A program made the translations under genes and the position numbers. A DNA stretch of 64,000 bases from Iphione sp. A-MEVVRFRX5 (Eukaryota). The notes beneath the pieces were generated by a model. It saw only the letters and a program-made list of their open reading frames with translations. It searched no databases and was not told the DNA's origin. The DNA lies in the NCBI GenBank assembly GCA_976226885.1, contig OZ320315.1:63488001-63552000 (forward strand). Reading direction: 5' to 3'. Shown here piece after piece: positions 25,280 to 39,131 of this stretch (position 1 is its first letter; each line of letters starts with the position of its first letter).

Positions 25280-25830
25280 AAAGACATCGAACGTGATACG
25301 CTGTACGACGCCTGGCGTATGGTAATCAATACGTCGCGGCGACCGGTGCACCACCCGCGGCACGCTGAGATGACGAACGGCTTAAGAACCAGTTTCGATG
25401 GACGTGGCATGATAACTTTGAGCGTAGTATTAACGCTAGGCGGCGTGCAGCACGTCGAGAACATGCCCAGGTAGTAGGTGCCGAATGGCACGGACTTTCT
25501 CTGAGCCATCGCCCTTCCGGATCCGGCTGAGACCAAAGCGCCGGAAACGAAAGCGCCGTCGATTACGCCGGCGCGCGCGCTCTTATCTGCCTTTCTGCTG
25601 CCACGCAGAAGGTCAAGGTCGTCCGCAGGTCACCACGAGGGGGCGCATGTGGAAAGGTCAGCGCGGCGGGCCAATCAGCGACCGGAGATTCCGGCCATAC
25701 AACTCGGCGTGATTAGCAATCAGTGGCGAGCGACCGTCGGTCGGCGCCCGGGCGCGCAGCCCAGCGACGAAATGACAGTGACGCGTAAATTGCCGGCGTA
25801 GTGTGACATTGGCTGCACAAGGGCCACCCT
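25280..25830. promoter_or_regulatory. CpG island, candidate promoter
   Basis: Sharp local rise in GC and CpG (e.g. gccggcgcgcgcgc) against AT-rich flanks, with CCAAT at 25671-25675, a TGATTagcAATCA palindrome at 25710-25722, and a CTCF motif. Confidence 0.55.
25633..25646 (+). promoter_or_regulatory. Consensus CTCF motif
   Basis: CCACGAGGGGGCGC matches CCACNAGGGGGCGC and lies inside the CpG island. Confidence 0.45.
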
Positions 25831-26857
25831 CCCGCTATCCGCATAATTCAAGGGACTTTGGTTGGAAAATATGCAATGGAGATATGGCCAGTCATTGGCT
25901 CGCATATTTATTCCTGTCTTTTATCTAGTTGTCGTTGTTTTCTATTGGGACATTTCACGGCTGCAACACTTTCATTTTTCACTGCTCGTAACTCTGCTTC
26001 TGATAAAAGAGAAGTTTCTATTTAATTTAATGGGAAATTCAAGTTCCATACAAGTACAGACGATAAAAGAATGTGACTAGATAGTGGCAGAGGTTGAGAG
26101 ACAGTATTAGATAGGACACTGCCTACAGCGCTGAGAAGGTATTAATATATAAAATATAGACTGAGAGACACCAACAACTCACAGACGACCGGGGGCAATG
26201 AGACGTAGTATCATTAGCCTGAGTTGACACAGCATTTCACCTTGTAGTGAGACTATTATATATCATGTGAACTTCTACATAATTTTTATTCAGACGGAGC
26301 TAGAATGTAGTCAGGCGTAGTATATGTGTGCACATTTGATTACAGGCAAAGAGACGAAGGTGCAGAGAGAGTAAGTCAGAACAAAAAGAGAAAGAGTTCG
26401 TACATTATCATAGCCTGGGTGGCTGTGTGGTACGACCTACACCAAATCAACCCAGTACAAACATACATGTATGTCAAAAATAGTTAAAAAGCGATGTATA
26501 GATACGAAGGTGGACGAATGGAGCTTGCTGGGATTTGCGTTGATAAAGGAAGAATGAAGTAAGGGGGCTGCTATTAAGGGTACAGGTAGGGCACGTGAGG
26601 ATTGGGATGTGGACGAGGTAGTGGAGAGTTATGGGTGTTAGACTGTAAAGTGGAGTTGGTTGCGGAGATGGGGTGGTCGAGGCGCGGCGGGCAGGGTTGG
26701 TGCTGGTGGTTGTGGGGAGCGGTAAGGTGGGGAAGGATCAACGCCTGATTGATCACCTGAGGCGGTGTAAAGGCCGCCCGCCGAACACACAGGGTCGTGT
26801 GCGCCGATAAAGGGCTTCGCGAGGCGTGAGGCATGTGATGGATAGCATTATCATCAG

Positions 26858-26876
26858 CCTCCTCCTCCTCCTCCTC

Positions 26877-26899
<23 letters not shown>
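26858..26899. repeat. (CCT)14 microsatellite
   Basis: Pure CCT run followed by a C tract. Confidence 0.95.
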
Positions 26900-26907
<8 letters not shown>

Positions 26908-27559
26908 TCGACGGCACCTTATTCTAACCGCCATTAAACTTCCATTCCATTCCTCTTCTGCCACCCATTCTCCATCTTTCCTCCTACTTTATCTCCACCC
27001 CAACTCGTTTTATAAGCTGGCCTCTCCCGATAACTGTCCGTCTCCATTTGGGTTCCCGCCGTGCCAGTTTGGTGGTCAACCGGATTTTTGTTGTAAAGTT
27101 TACCTTTATATCTTCTCTTTCTGTGCCTCTCTCTGTTTGTCTTTCTGTCTGTCTGTCTCTCCCCCCTTCTATCTCTCTTTCTCCTATTTTTCTGTCTTTG
27201 ACATAGATACTCTTACACCACTCCAGACCCGTGCTCTTTTAAGCTTCTTATCAATATGCAGTCTCACGCCATTATCACTATTTCTTGCACACCTCCTTCC
27301 TAAACCGCCAAAGCTATGTGTTTGCTCCTCGTTCTTTCTTGTCCTCTTCGTATTTATTTCCTCCGCCCTTCCCCTCCGTTCCCAGTAGAAGGATCTTTTC
27401 ATCAGTTTTTCTGAATGCCCTCCTTGGATGTCCAACCTGGACAGAAATCTCCTCACGCGGTGTTTTCTCCCTGGACCACTACCGTTGATAGGCAGGCCAA
27501 TGCTTCAAACCTGCGAACCCCACAGCAATCCCTTACAAGAAGCCCACCCTTACCCAGGA

Positions 27560-27720
27560 CTCATTGTCGGAGACCTTCTCGTTCCTGAGTGATGAGGGTC
27601 CCCTGACACTCGTTTCGCGCCCATATCAACGCATCGACAACATCCTTCACCCTTATTTGTGGTGCATTCTCCCACCATTCTGAACTTTGACAACCCCAAC
27701 CACCCATCCACTCACCCGTC
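27560..27720 (+). mobile_element. Decayed LINE APE endonuclease fragment
   Basis: A single frame from 27560 reads LIVGDLLVPE**GSPDTR...PTILNFDNPNHP, matching the APE motif order LIxGDxN, WGSxxT and LxILNxxxPTH; the TGA before GSP fits a decayed TGG. Confidence 0.4.
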
Positions 27721-30700
27721 GCTAGGACCCCGTCAGACTAATACCTCGTCCATACGGTTCACCGTCCCCTCTCCCCACCCCCAACCTTCTCCGGCCAGCC
27801 CTCTCTTCTACTCTCAGACCCAACAGGCTGCTAACCGTACGCGACCCCTTCGTCTTTCCGCGTCGCCATTTACTCGCCATCAGTGGGTTCCCTGTTCATT
27901 TAACGCTCGCTGGGCGGACAGTGAACCCAAAGTGAACGATAGCTGCATGGATGGGACAACTTGAAACGCCCCGAGCGGCGGGTGGGGGTAGGAATGGTTG
28001 GTCAGCGGACACTATTGCCAGTATTGACTGAAGTAGAGGGCCGTCCTACTGCGTGTAGATCAGACATTGTGGTCAAACCCTCAGAAAGATTCACTCCCCC
28101 TCCACTCACGCACACACATATATACACAAACACACATGTACATACAAACATACACAGGGCTTATCGGTGGTCGAGTGCACTGTGGACTGGCACGCCCAAC
28201 AAGCGTTATATAGCCGCCAGAGTTGAACATGCGTGGGGGAGATAATCATTGATATAGTCTATTATTCTCATATCTTATTTCATCTCTCTTATATCCATGT
28301 ACATGCATTTTACAGCCATGTAAAACTGAACTATGACAACAAGGTTTCCCTACAACCTCCTTTGTATTCTTGCACTGAAGATATCAAATGGGACTATCTG
28401 TATCATGATGCTGGAAGTATGAAGGACTGCTACCGGTCAGGATGGATGAGTTATTTTCATCCTCGAAGTCACATCCGCCTGTCGACTGATAACTTCAGGG
28501 CCGAGGTATTGAAGGCAATGTTTAATGATTCATAACACCACACAGATAAAGGCTATTGTTAGAGGAAACTGCTCAGCAAATAACAAGATGGGACCAGCGG
28601 CTTAGCTCTTATGGTATACAACCTACAAGAAAACCTGTTTTGATAATGCTTCGCCTCCTGCACATCCTCTGTCAATTGGCTTGTTCTTCCAGTTCTTCTT
28701 CCCCCTCCCCTCTAACTGAACTTAAACCTCTTATCTTCCCCTACTGGCTTCTTCCAATTGGAAATAGGATGTAACCTACGTACATTTAAGATCACTGCCT
28801 ACTCCCATAAAACACACGCGCGTGTGTCCATTACTTGAACGCAATTTGCGATGTACATTTCTAAAGGTATTTCTTGTTATATAATAACCTTTAGATGCAC
28901 TATGATATCTTATGGTAAGTGTTAACTAAGGAAGTTGTTGAAAAGCGGTATTCTCTTACAGATACTATTTTAAGTTCAATATTTTGGATAAATCCACATG
29001 TATAAATACATAGACACACCTAAAATAGTATCTTGATATAATAGCATTTATTTGTAAATGCCTTGAGCAAAGCAGTGTGATAGTGTATGATCTGAACGTA
29101 TTGGTTTACAAAGATAGTTGAACGATTTGACAATCGAGGAAATAACACATAAACATATAACAAAACTAGCCAACTACTCAATAAGTGTGCCTTATTTTAC
29201 AGCTATCAGTAAACTTATGAAGATGAAAAAAGATAACTTTCGAATTATTTTACTGATTTTAGTTTTTATGCCTTGCATAAGTCCCAGCCAACAATATGCA
29301 GACTAATGTGGTGAAATTTCCCTTGCTATCTAGACCTTCAGTACTAGTTCACCAAATGCCAAGTATATTATTCAGGTGGCGCTTGTATGGGGCGAGGGGA
29401 GGGAGACTCTAATCCAGGTTCATGCCCATCTGTAGCTTGGGGCCAATGTTACTGAATATCTCTATTGCCTTGACCGAGGTAGGCCATTGTCGGCGGGGGA
29501 CTTGCACAGTTTGTCAGTTGGGTGTGGCGAGCAACTTCAGCGGTGAGCAGGTGCCTCCGAGGTGTGGACTTCTCCGTAATAACCCCGCATCTCAGTGGCG
29601 ACCCCTGGTGCTGACCCTTGCCAATCAAGCCCATCCTTCGAGCCTGCTAGCCCGCAGTGTTAATACGTACCACCATCTCCACCACTACCACTGTCACCAT
29701 GGTTAGCTACGGTGCTGGGTGGCTAGGGGCTTGCCGGGTGGGGGGGTGGGGAACGAAGGACTAACGATTCGGCCTTGTGCATCTGAATCAACATTACTAG
29801 CGCTATTCCTTGTCCGTGCCACCCAATGCCTAGCAGGAATACTCAGTATGCACCCGTCATCTCCACCACAACCCTTCCTCCTCCCACCCACCCAACCAGC
29901 ACCACCAGCACCTCCTCTTTCTCCTTCAAACCCGCAGTATCCCCCCCCGTAACCCCCAGCCTGTCCTCCTCCTACATCTCTTGTGTGGATAATGCTGATT
30001 GAATGCAGTCGCCGGAAGGGACGACCTTCCTGAATATATCATGGCAAGGAAGACACAGAGAACGCTTATTGTCCTGAAAGCCATAGACAGCAATATATTT
30101 CTGCCATCCACGATTTTCTACCTTCTTTGTTGGAAGGAAGAAGAGGGTCAGAGGGCGAGCGGATACAGAGAAAAGTACGTTTGCTACCCTAAGTTTCGTT
30201 TTATGATGTTTTTACCCTGCATCGTAAAAGGACTATAGATTCTCCCCTGGCAATCTGTGATGAAGATACGATACGAAACGTATATTAATGGTACTGCACG
30301 TCAGCAAGAGAACCATCACACACGTAGAAAACGTCTTAGTGAAGCCTTTATCTTTTATATTGCTAACGAAGCATTGTCTATGAAATAACCAACTGTCAAA
30401 CATTTTATCCTTTGTGATATTTGAACGACCCTGAAAGCAGATGACTTTTGGAGGGCACATTATTCGTAGTTTTGGAAATTATATTTTTCAAGGGTAGTAT
30501 TATATGGATGTCTACATATCGAATCCACACATCCTCTCAATAACTGCAGTGATATAAGAGAAGAAAAGGGAAGCATGTCAGAATATTTGGTCAGCTCATA
30601 GAAACTAATAATCGATCATCTTTCTTCATTCATTTTCCTTTGATTTACGCACAAGAATACGCCAACAGCTTCATGGCCTATAGTGAGATACGTCATTGCA

Positions 30701-32648
30701 AATACAATAGGATGAAATCACAACACACACTCTGTGTACAGAGGTACAGTCTATTTCACAAGACTGCCCAGAACTGTGGCAATCCCCAGCGGCCGGGGTT
30801 GCCAGGATAAATTATGAGCCAACCGATATTCAATAACCTGGTCTCCCTTCCAGTAGACTTTACTACATTGGCCCTAGTCATTCTAGTGGTAAATGATCTA
30901 CATAAGCTAGCCGCCTGGAAACTCCACCGATGCCAGTCCAAGCTCCACTCTCGTGTGGGTACGGTGCTCATTATGGCCTCTTCCGGGCCAGAGCGTCTTG
31001 TCCTGCAGGCAGGTACTTCAACGTCGGCGTCCCAACAACTGCCTCGAAGCCAATAATTACCACCTCAACAACTGCAACGCCTTGAACATCCCACCACCCT
31101 CCTCCCCTCACTCCTGCCCAACTACAGCGAACTTGGCTTTAGAAAGGCCAAGCAAAATGTCCTTCTGTTTATGGATTGTATATGGCCCGTCTTGTCTAGC
31201 AACGATCTTTAAAAAAAATACGTTGAATACAAGCTTTACATATATAGAAAATATTCAATCTCTATTAAAATACATACCTTTTAACAACAAATGTAAAGTG
31301 TATGGAGGGTGTAGTGTTTCGTAGGATAAAGCAGTTTATTGTTTTGCTTTTCCTCCTAGCCGTTGGCCGCTAGCCCATTGCCTCCCGGGTAGCAATATGG
31401 ATATCACTATCATTTGATATATTTAAAATACACTTGCTCCCCCTGATATTTTGAGGTACTTAGATCACATCTGAATGCCTTGTGTTTGTCTCTGTGAGGA
31501 GATCTCACGGGGACTTTTCCCATGCGTAACCATCCCAATCCTTGTCCGTCGAGAGGGTTTTGACCTTTGAACCAACGCCTTTCCCGGCAAATAAACTATG
31601 CTCTGGCTGGTGCTTAAACCCAGGCGACCTTCTGGTGTTAAATCATCATGGGAGCAGAGACAGACACGGGATACCCCCGCTTCAAACTCCAGCCCAACCA
31701 ACCTACTCAAAAACACACTGTGAGGGACGACAAACACCGTGCAAGCACGGAAACAGTCATGTAGGTATATTTATACTCAGAGGCAATGGCTCACGATGTC
31801 AGAAAGGGAGCATATGCACAGGTGAACAGCTCGATGAAAGAGAATATGTAGTTGGAAACGTCAGAACTTCAATAAAGCCAACAAATGTTAACTCTGTTCT
31901 CGGGTTTGGGCGTCGATCCCCACCTTTCTCTATTCATATGTACAGATGTATGAAGGAAAGCGTCGCCATACTTCATCCCCGTACCTTGCTAGATAAGACT
32001 ATCACACACACACTCTCTCCTATATTTACATGTATGCACATGTTGACTTTACCAGGTCAACATCCACATATTCAATAAACACGTCCAACCAGTCAGCAAT
32101 AAGCACAAGCAAGCACACAAACACAGAGGCCTCCAGGATACATGATGCACACACATAGATTGAACCACACGCGCCTCAAGCCACAACTGCGCACAGTTTG
32201 AGACCTAGAGAACACAGAAACGCCTACATCCCGCCACACACAAAGTTACATCAAAAACCATTTACGTAACATTCACCCATGTATCTTCACTTACTCCTAG
32301 GCGCCCCGCTAAACGTACATATGCACACACACATATATTTAATGACTTTAGACAAGAACAGCCATACTTGCTAACATCACGCACTCAAACTATCAGAGTG
32401 TCACTATTTTTTGTATGCCAACATACTCCTATGTATCACTTATGAACATACACTTACAATTGTCTTAAGACAATAACAGCCATACTGGCAGACATGCACA
32501 CACACAAACAGACGTTCACACACGTACACTTATATAGAAAGACCGCCGAACCCTCCGGCATGTAGAGGCCGAGGCTTCTGTTGAGCGTCTCGGTCGCCCC
32601 GCCAGCGCTGAGGGAATCTAACAGGTGTGAGCGGTCCAAATCGGACTA

Positions 32649-32662
32649 GTTGCCATGACAAC
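32649..32662. promoter_or_regulatory. RFX X-box motif
   Basis: GTTGCCATGACAAC, one base from the perfect palindrome GTTGCCATGGCAAC. Confidence 0.35.
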
Positions 32663-34941
32663 TGCTTGTCCCCGCGCAGAAGGCCCGAGTGTCAGTTTTA
32701 CTACAACAGCAGTCGTTCCGTCTTATTCTTTCCCTACCTTTTCTGCTTTTGCTTGCCACTGTTCCCGCCGCTTTGATCCCCGAAGGGGTACTTTGGAGAA
32801 AGAAAGCAACTGGCTTTTGTAACCAGCTTCTGCTGCATCCGCTGATTCTAAAGGGAGCAGTTGCAGTCTTTTTCAGCCAGCTACTTTCCATCTGCTGGGG
32901 GAGTAGCTGTGAGTGTCCCTGACATGTCATCTATCATTTCTCCCGTGCCTTGCTGTGACTAGGTGTGGGAATGTCACTGCATTGCTTTTCTTGACATTAG
33001 AATAGTTTTATGCTAATGATATTTCGCAGACAGACAAAGACATAGGTCTTACATTTAAGCATTTTCTGAGATCATTCTCAGCAATACAGGTAACTAGGAG
33101 GTCTCTCATATGTACAGAATTAGACCAATATTTGCAAATATAATTTATAGACTGGTGGCTGACACAAATAAATTTAATATTTATTAGATGGTTACGTTGT
33201 TGAGTCCTGCACTAGGCAGCAAGAAATATTTGTATTGCGACTCTAGACAGAGGTCAAGCAGGAGTTGCTCGCGTGATCGCCGTCCGTTAGAGCGAGTTAC
33301 TCCGACGCCAGTGGGAAAAGCCCTGATATTACAGCAAAATGTTCAATCGACTCCCCACCGACCCGAACCCAACCCTACAAACTACCATCGCCAGTGGGTG
33401 AGACCCAGGAAAAATAAAAGAAGAAAGCCCAGATGTCCATTTCTGCCAGAAATGATGGACCTGAAAGGCATGGGTGACAATAGGAGGTTATCCCTGTATG
33501 CTTTAACTTTCCCAGTCGCCCGCCTTAGCTCCACAACATAGTATTGCTCCTTCCCACTGACAGGCCGTGTCGATATAAAACCGCGCTATGGCCTAGATCC
33601 AGCCATACAAGTTTATATATGTACCGCAAAATATTTGTGATGGGGTAATCTGGCACAGGTTGCCTTCATTTCTGAAGTATAAGACTTCAAACTTCTTTAC
33701 AACTAAGATGGCGTGATATCATAATAGCAAGCACCAGCAGTGACGTGACAATACTATCCATACTATGGACATAGGCCCTTTCTGTCCAATAAAGAGACAG
33801 CCATGAAAAGTGTATTTACTAAGGATGACTTGCAGAACAAAACCAAAAGGCAACTTTTTTGACCGTAGCAGCTTTTTTCAAGGGATGTTCCTCTAGCTTG
33901 GTGGCAGTGTATCAGCCAATAATTTGTGGTTGCTGTCACTTGACATACTAATCCATGATATACCCTTGATTCCTCATATATTGTATATCAATCTACAGTG
34001 TACATTCAAATTACTGAACAGGAGCAATATTGCTTGTAGTGGCAAGCCTTGATGGCAATAGCCAAGGTGCACATGTGAGAGGTCGAACCCAGGAGTCAGT
34101 TGTAATCTGTTTTGTGTATGAAACCTTGGTGTTTTTTACTTGCATAGTTGATCATTCGGAACAAAAGTCAAAAGTCGGGACACCCAATCCCTTCGTTGTT
34201 TCCGCTTGGAGTACAATGGTACCAATATGTTTATATCAAAATATTACTTCCCAAGAATTCCCTATTCTTGCACTTCAGTGCACCCTAGCTCCTAATAATG
34301 TGGAAGACGTCGGCGTTGCTAGAAAACAAACTCTTAACACGACTTCAACTTCTATCTTTCTGACAATATCCCCAGGGACCGTATACTCATTCCATCTGGG
34401 AGAAAAACCTACAAGATGTCGGAAAGGGTTAAGAAAAGACGGAGAATATAACCAGCTCCAATTCCCCCTTTTGATGAACTACTTTCTCTGTGACACAGGC
34501 CTATACTACTACCAGCACCGTAGGTCCCGCTCCCATCCCGAAATCTAGTAGTACAGTATATATGACTGGTTCGGCTTGCTTTAAGAAATATAACTTGTAC
34601 TTTTGATACTTGATTGTTAGAGTTATTGAGGGCCTACCCAACTGGGCATTTAATATTGGTCTACATGAGGTCACCACGGAGAAACCATGGTAGCTGTGGG
34701 GTGTTCCGCTCAAGTAAAATATTTATAAATTTGAAAATAATCTGTACTTTGTCAGGCGCTGGTCCATTGGACTGTGGTAGTCTCGGAGGTAGATTGTGTA
34801 CGTTTGTGTGTGTGATTGTGCGTGTGTTAGTGGGGGTGTGTAGCTCCGAGAGTTGCGATACGAGAGCTGCGATGAAGCGGGGGGAAGGGGTAGGGGTGGA
34901 GGTGGTTGATCGTTTGGCGCTAGCGCTTTGGAGAGGTCGGT

Positions 34942-34965
34942 GGGCGGGCGGGCGGGGTGGGTGGG
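34942..34965 (+). other. G-quadruplex-forming sequence
   Basis: GGGcGGGcGGGcGGGGtGGGtGGG: six G-runs with 1-nt loops. Confidence 0.6.
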
Positions 34966-36460
34966 TAGCGCTATTGCATTGACAAAGCAGAGCGGGGGCT
35001 GGGTGTACTGTGTTAGTTGGTTAATCAAGACTGGCTGGACTTAAATCACGTCCCACTTTGTAGCCGCTGTCTATCACGTGCGACACGCGTGGAACCTTTT
35101 GTCCCTACGAGCCGCGGGCGGCCCTGGTGAAGCCTGGCAAGACAGCCGAGCGGATCCAGCACTGGTACCACGAGAGGGATTACAGCCAAGAGCAAGAGGT
35201 GGGGGTGGGTGGGCGTGTGGTTGAAGAACCCTCAAAGCAGTGTTTGAGGCTCATGTTTGACCACCTTGCTGGCTCCGTGGGGAGGGAGATGTGCACCGAT
35301 GCTGGTAGTAGTTGTAAGGGCGCTGGTGTTAGGGGTGGTTTTGGACGTTGGTGTGCGGGGAATGTTAAAATGTTGACATTTCACCTCGAATAACCGGCCT
35401 TTCTTGGGACAAAGTTGGGAAAGTATGACGCAAGAAAGTGGGATATACAGGTAAGGCGAGCGTTGCTTGTCGACTTGAAAACGTCCTTACAACATATTAG
35501 ACGTAGAACCGAGACTGGTACATAGGAAGACGCCGTTTGAGACGTTGTTTGAACTGGTCTGCCTGCATCCTGCTGTACTTCCTTCATCAGTTTTACTTCG
35601 TTATACCTGATTACCCAGTTCTAAGATCAAACACGTTGATGTTATCCAGTACATTTTTAATCGCTTCCGAAAAAAAAACTTGATTGAGCCATCATTGGGA
35701 GACATGGATATCGTCTAGGTATCCTTTGTCTTTGATTGCACCAACTTTCACCACCAGCAAAGGACATGCATCTAAGAAAATATACATAATGTACAGCTAG
35801 GAACTGTACTCGAATTCTAGTTAGCAATCATAGACAAACAAGAGTAGGACAATGCCCATGCTTTCCTGCGATGGGTCAATAAGAACCACAAAATGGCGTA
35901 TGAATCGAAGTCTAAGTATTCGTACTGGCCTTGATTTCTCTGAGAAAAGAATCGACCTTAATTCCCTTTAAGCACCAGACAGGTTTTAACACTTTGCACA
36001 CGCTAGAACCCTACATGACAGCAGCACTTTCTCGGATGAACTTTAAAAAAAAGGTACTGTTGAGAAACTAAAAGGATCTTTAATGAAGCGCTTAATTAAC
36101 GTTAGGGAGGAAGTCTTCCATGTAGCTCGGGACAATCGCGGTAAACTATCCGGTGTTCCCTGCCAAGACTTGCTGGGTTGCAGGAAGTGATTCGTAGTAA
36201 ACTGCTGGTTCTTGGCTGTTTTCAACCCGATCCAGAAAACATAGAGTAGTTCACGTTCAGAATCAGATATGGCCTTAGAAAGGGATTCATATGAAAGACA
36301 ATAGGTCAATCTTGAAGGCTACCGCACCAGAACATTACTGCTGATAATGAGAAGTGAAAAAATGAATCAGGTGAAGAAATTAATCGATGATTGAGGACAG
36401 AGACAGGACATTGAAAGGAGACATTGAAAGGGAGTTCCGATAGGAGGATGACCAAAAACT

Positions 36461-36810
36461 TTAGAAAAACTCGACATAAAAATCGTTTTGGGGGATAATC
36501 GAACACCCCAGCAGGGATGGTAGAGATGAAAGAAATACATGGTGGCCGGAGGAAAAAACATGGGCAAAGCCATGATCGACAAGATCGGGAAGTGAAGGGC
36601 GAGATGCCGGATTTGAAAAACCACTTCAGAACTGAGCTACAGATCAAAGAGTCCCCCTTCTCCCACTTGGCCACCAAACCCCATACGCCAAGCCGGCGGC
36701 TCACTACTGACGCCTGGCGGAAAGACCTGGTAATCACTCGTGTCCTTCCGATCATATCCTGTCCCTCATCTACCGAACCTACCATCGACTACTGTAAAAC
36801 GCCTGTGTCC
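36461..36810 (+). mobile_element. Possible RTE-like LINE remnant
   Basis: LEKLDIKIVLGDN at 36461-36499 (cf. DIKIVLGDFNA), and later AWRKDLVITRVLPI...PTIDYCKTPVS (loosely cf. WKxAxVxPI...YRPIS). Spacing is much shorter than in an intact ORF2. Confidence 0.22.
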
Positions 36811-38551
36811 AGTGCCAATGAACAACTCTTGATTATCCTTTTTGTAAGGGATGCTCTTTCACTAATCGTCTGGCCCATTGGTTTTACTATCAGTGTCAGA
36901 ACTCGCTTTTTGCCTTCTTGACAACATAATCAATCTATTAAAATATAGTTATGTCCTGCTCAGCCTCCTCGGACAGCTGTCAATCATCCAGCAGACCACC
37001 AACTGACCCGTCCTGCTGTCTTCACTGAGTAACTTTAGCCCCCGGGAGATGGAGGGTGCCTCTCTCTTCTCTCCCCCACCACCCAGCCTCCTTCCATGTC
37101 AACCGGAAAGATAAGGGACCCAGGCCTTAATTCCTGAAAGAAGCCAGCTTGCCATCGTGCCAATCAATCATTCAAGCCTAATTTGGCAAATGTTAAAAAC
37201 TTTTTCATGGAGAGGTTTGACAGTATGGAGACAATCCTTCCTGTTCCCAAATAATCTCTTGGATTCTTTTTCAGTGTAACCTAATCGAACTCTAATTCCC
37301 CTTGTCAAACATTAATTATCCGGTAACATCTGGAGAACAATATCTAATTCAGTTTTGTTCTTTGATGTTAATATTCCTTCTGGTCTGAATGTATTAAGGC
37401 GTAAATATGTTTATATACTTATGATTATGCCTTTTATTGGAGACAAAAAAAAATTATTTGCATATAGGAGGCCGGCATCCCTATTCTCGGCCCTACTTTG
37501 CGACGGAACGGGCGTGTGACAATTACCTGCGTTTATAAATGAACGATGTCTTCTTAAGTGCAAATCGAGACTTTGTGTTGATTAAGAATTCGTATGGATA
37601 TGGTGTGCTTGATATGCATTGAAGCAAGTCTCTTTCTGGTGTCACTGGCACGTCAAGACAGAGGCAGATTTCTTTATGATTGATATGTTGCGAAATTATT
37701 AATCCAGTCTGGGAGATGACGTATTGTCGCAATGTGTAATTTTGTTGCTTTCTGTTACGTAGTCTGCTTGCCTGTATATATATATATATATTACACTTCT
37801 TGCACAGAGATCTGTATGACGGTCTGCACTTCCCTTTGCCATGCTCCAGTCGTAGAATGTCCTAGAGTCCATATTAAATGGTATGTCTAATTCAAGGCGA
37901 TTTGCATCTTATAGCATTCTGTTACTTTCGCTTGCTGTTTCAAATAATGTTTGACGTAATACCCCTGACTTTAAACCTCTCGCCCTTTGTGTGGCCCATA
38001 ATACACAATTGTTGTTGTAGGACGGTCTATAAGCTCACCCAACGAGAACTCACTGCTTCCACAAACGTAAAGTTAACGACGTAACTGCAACCTACAAAAG
38101 GCCTTTATACTCCCAACTCTGTGACACTTGGACCAATGGCGTCCAGTCTGGAACAATCTCTGTACCAAAAGGATGGTGGCGATGGTGATAAAGGTGATGA
38201 TATAGTCGAAGACAGAGGATCAGGCAATAAAGGGGCGTTGTATGAGACTAGTAAGTTTGCTGACTGCCTGGCTACAAGGCGTTAGAACAGATGAGGCAAA
38301 GGCCACAATGGCAGCCTCCAATGAGCAGTTCAAAGCACTGTTGGCGAGCAGTTTGCTGCCTTAACGAGTCGCACAGCTGCCACCCCACCCCCGTCTCTCA
38401 TGCCGTCTCCACCGATCAACAAGTCGCCTACGACTTCATCAAGAGCATTCACTACTGTCACAGACAGCTGCGTGTCTTTTGTCTAGGGCGTGAAAGGCTT
38501 GTATTCACGCCGGGGTCTCATTAGGTCCTTACTCTGGTTGTCCTTCAGCAG

Positions 38552-38944
38552 TTGGTGTGGAGGAAATCAACCTGTCGGGATAGAGTGAATGCCGATGCCA
38601 TTCCGCTTTGTAAGAAGGGAGTCTGCGGTAGTGCCTTGAGGCCGATGACCTTAGCATGTGCTGGTCGCACCAGTCAGACCAGAGCAGCCAAACGAGCTCC
38701 ACCATCTCACAAACCCGACAAACTCCTGCCGACCTGCATGGTCACGAAACCTTGCCCTAATTTCCACATATTATCTCTTTCGCCTGCAATGTATGTTGGC
38801 TTTAAGGTCAAAAACAACCTCTTTCCCACTTTTGTACGTTTCCCATACGGGGTTGGCTACCAACTTCGACCCACCGCCAAACAATTGACGGTTAAATGTT
38901 TCCGAACATGCGACTGGACTCTATTATGCACAGGATGCTGTTAA
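38552..38944 (+). pseudogene. DIRS-type reverse transcriptase-like decayed reading frame
   Basis: 130-aa ORF with motif order and spacing like DIRS RT: PLCKK..GS..RP (cf. VPKKDGSxRP), LLP 31 aa later, FHI, FPYG 30 aa from FHI (cf. FHI...LPFG), and CDWTL (cf. YLDDWL). The catalytic aspartate motifs are not intact. Confidence 0.35.
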
Positions 38945-39131
38945 CACACACAACCTTCCCAAACCGCCCCACCTTCGATACCTATATCGATTCATTCGAT
39001 TTTGAATGACCACAAACCACAAACACGAAGCCGCAAGCTCAAACTGCCACATTCGATACTCAAAGTCCACAAAATTAGTCCCTTGCAGCCTTCGTATTGT
39101 AGCTTCCTACCATTCAGGGTCATTAACAGCA

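Noticed and set aside
25420-25509. Mitochondrial carrier (SLC25) N-terminus suggested by RKSVP...GMFSTCCTPP
   Set aside because: The resemblance is loose and the Px[DE]xx[KR] signature is absent, so no gene symbol is justified.
30255-30284. Hammerhead-like gtgatgaag...cgaaacgta
   Set aside because: C3 is missing and neither stem I nor stem II pairs.
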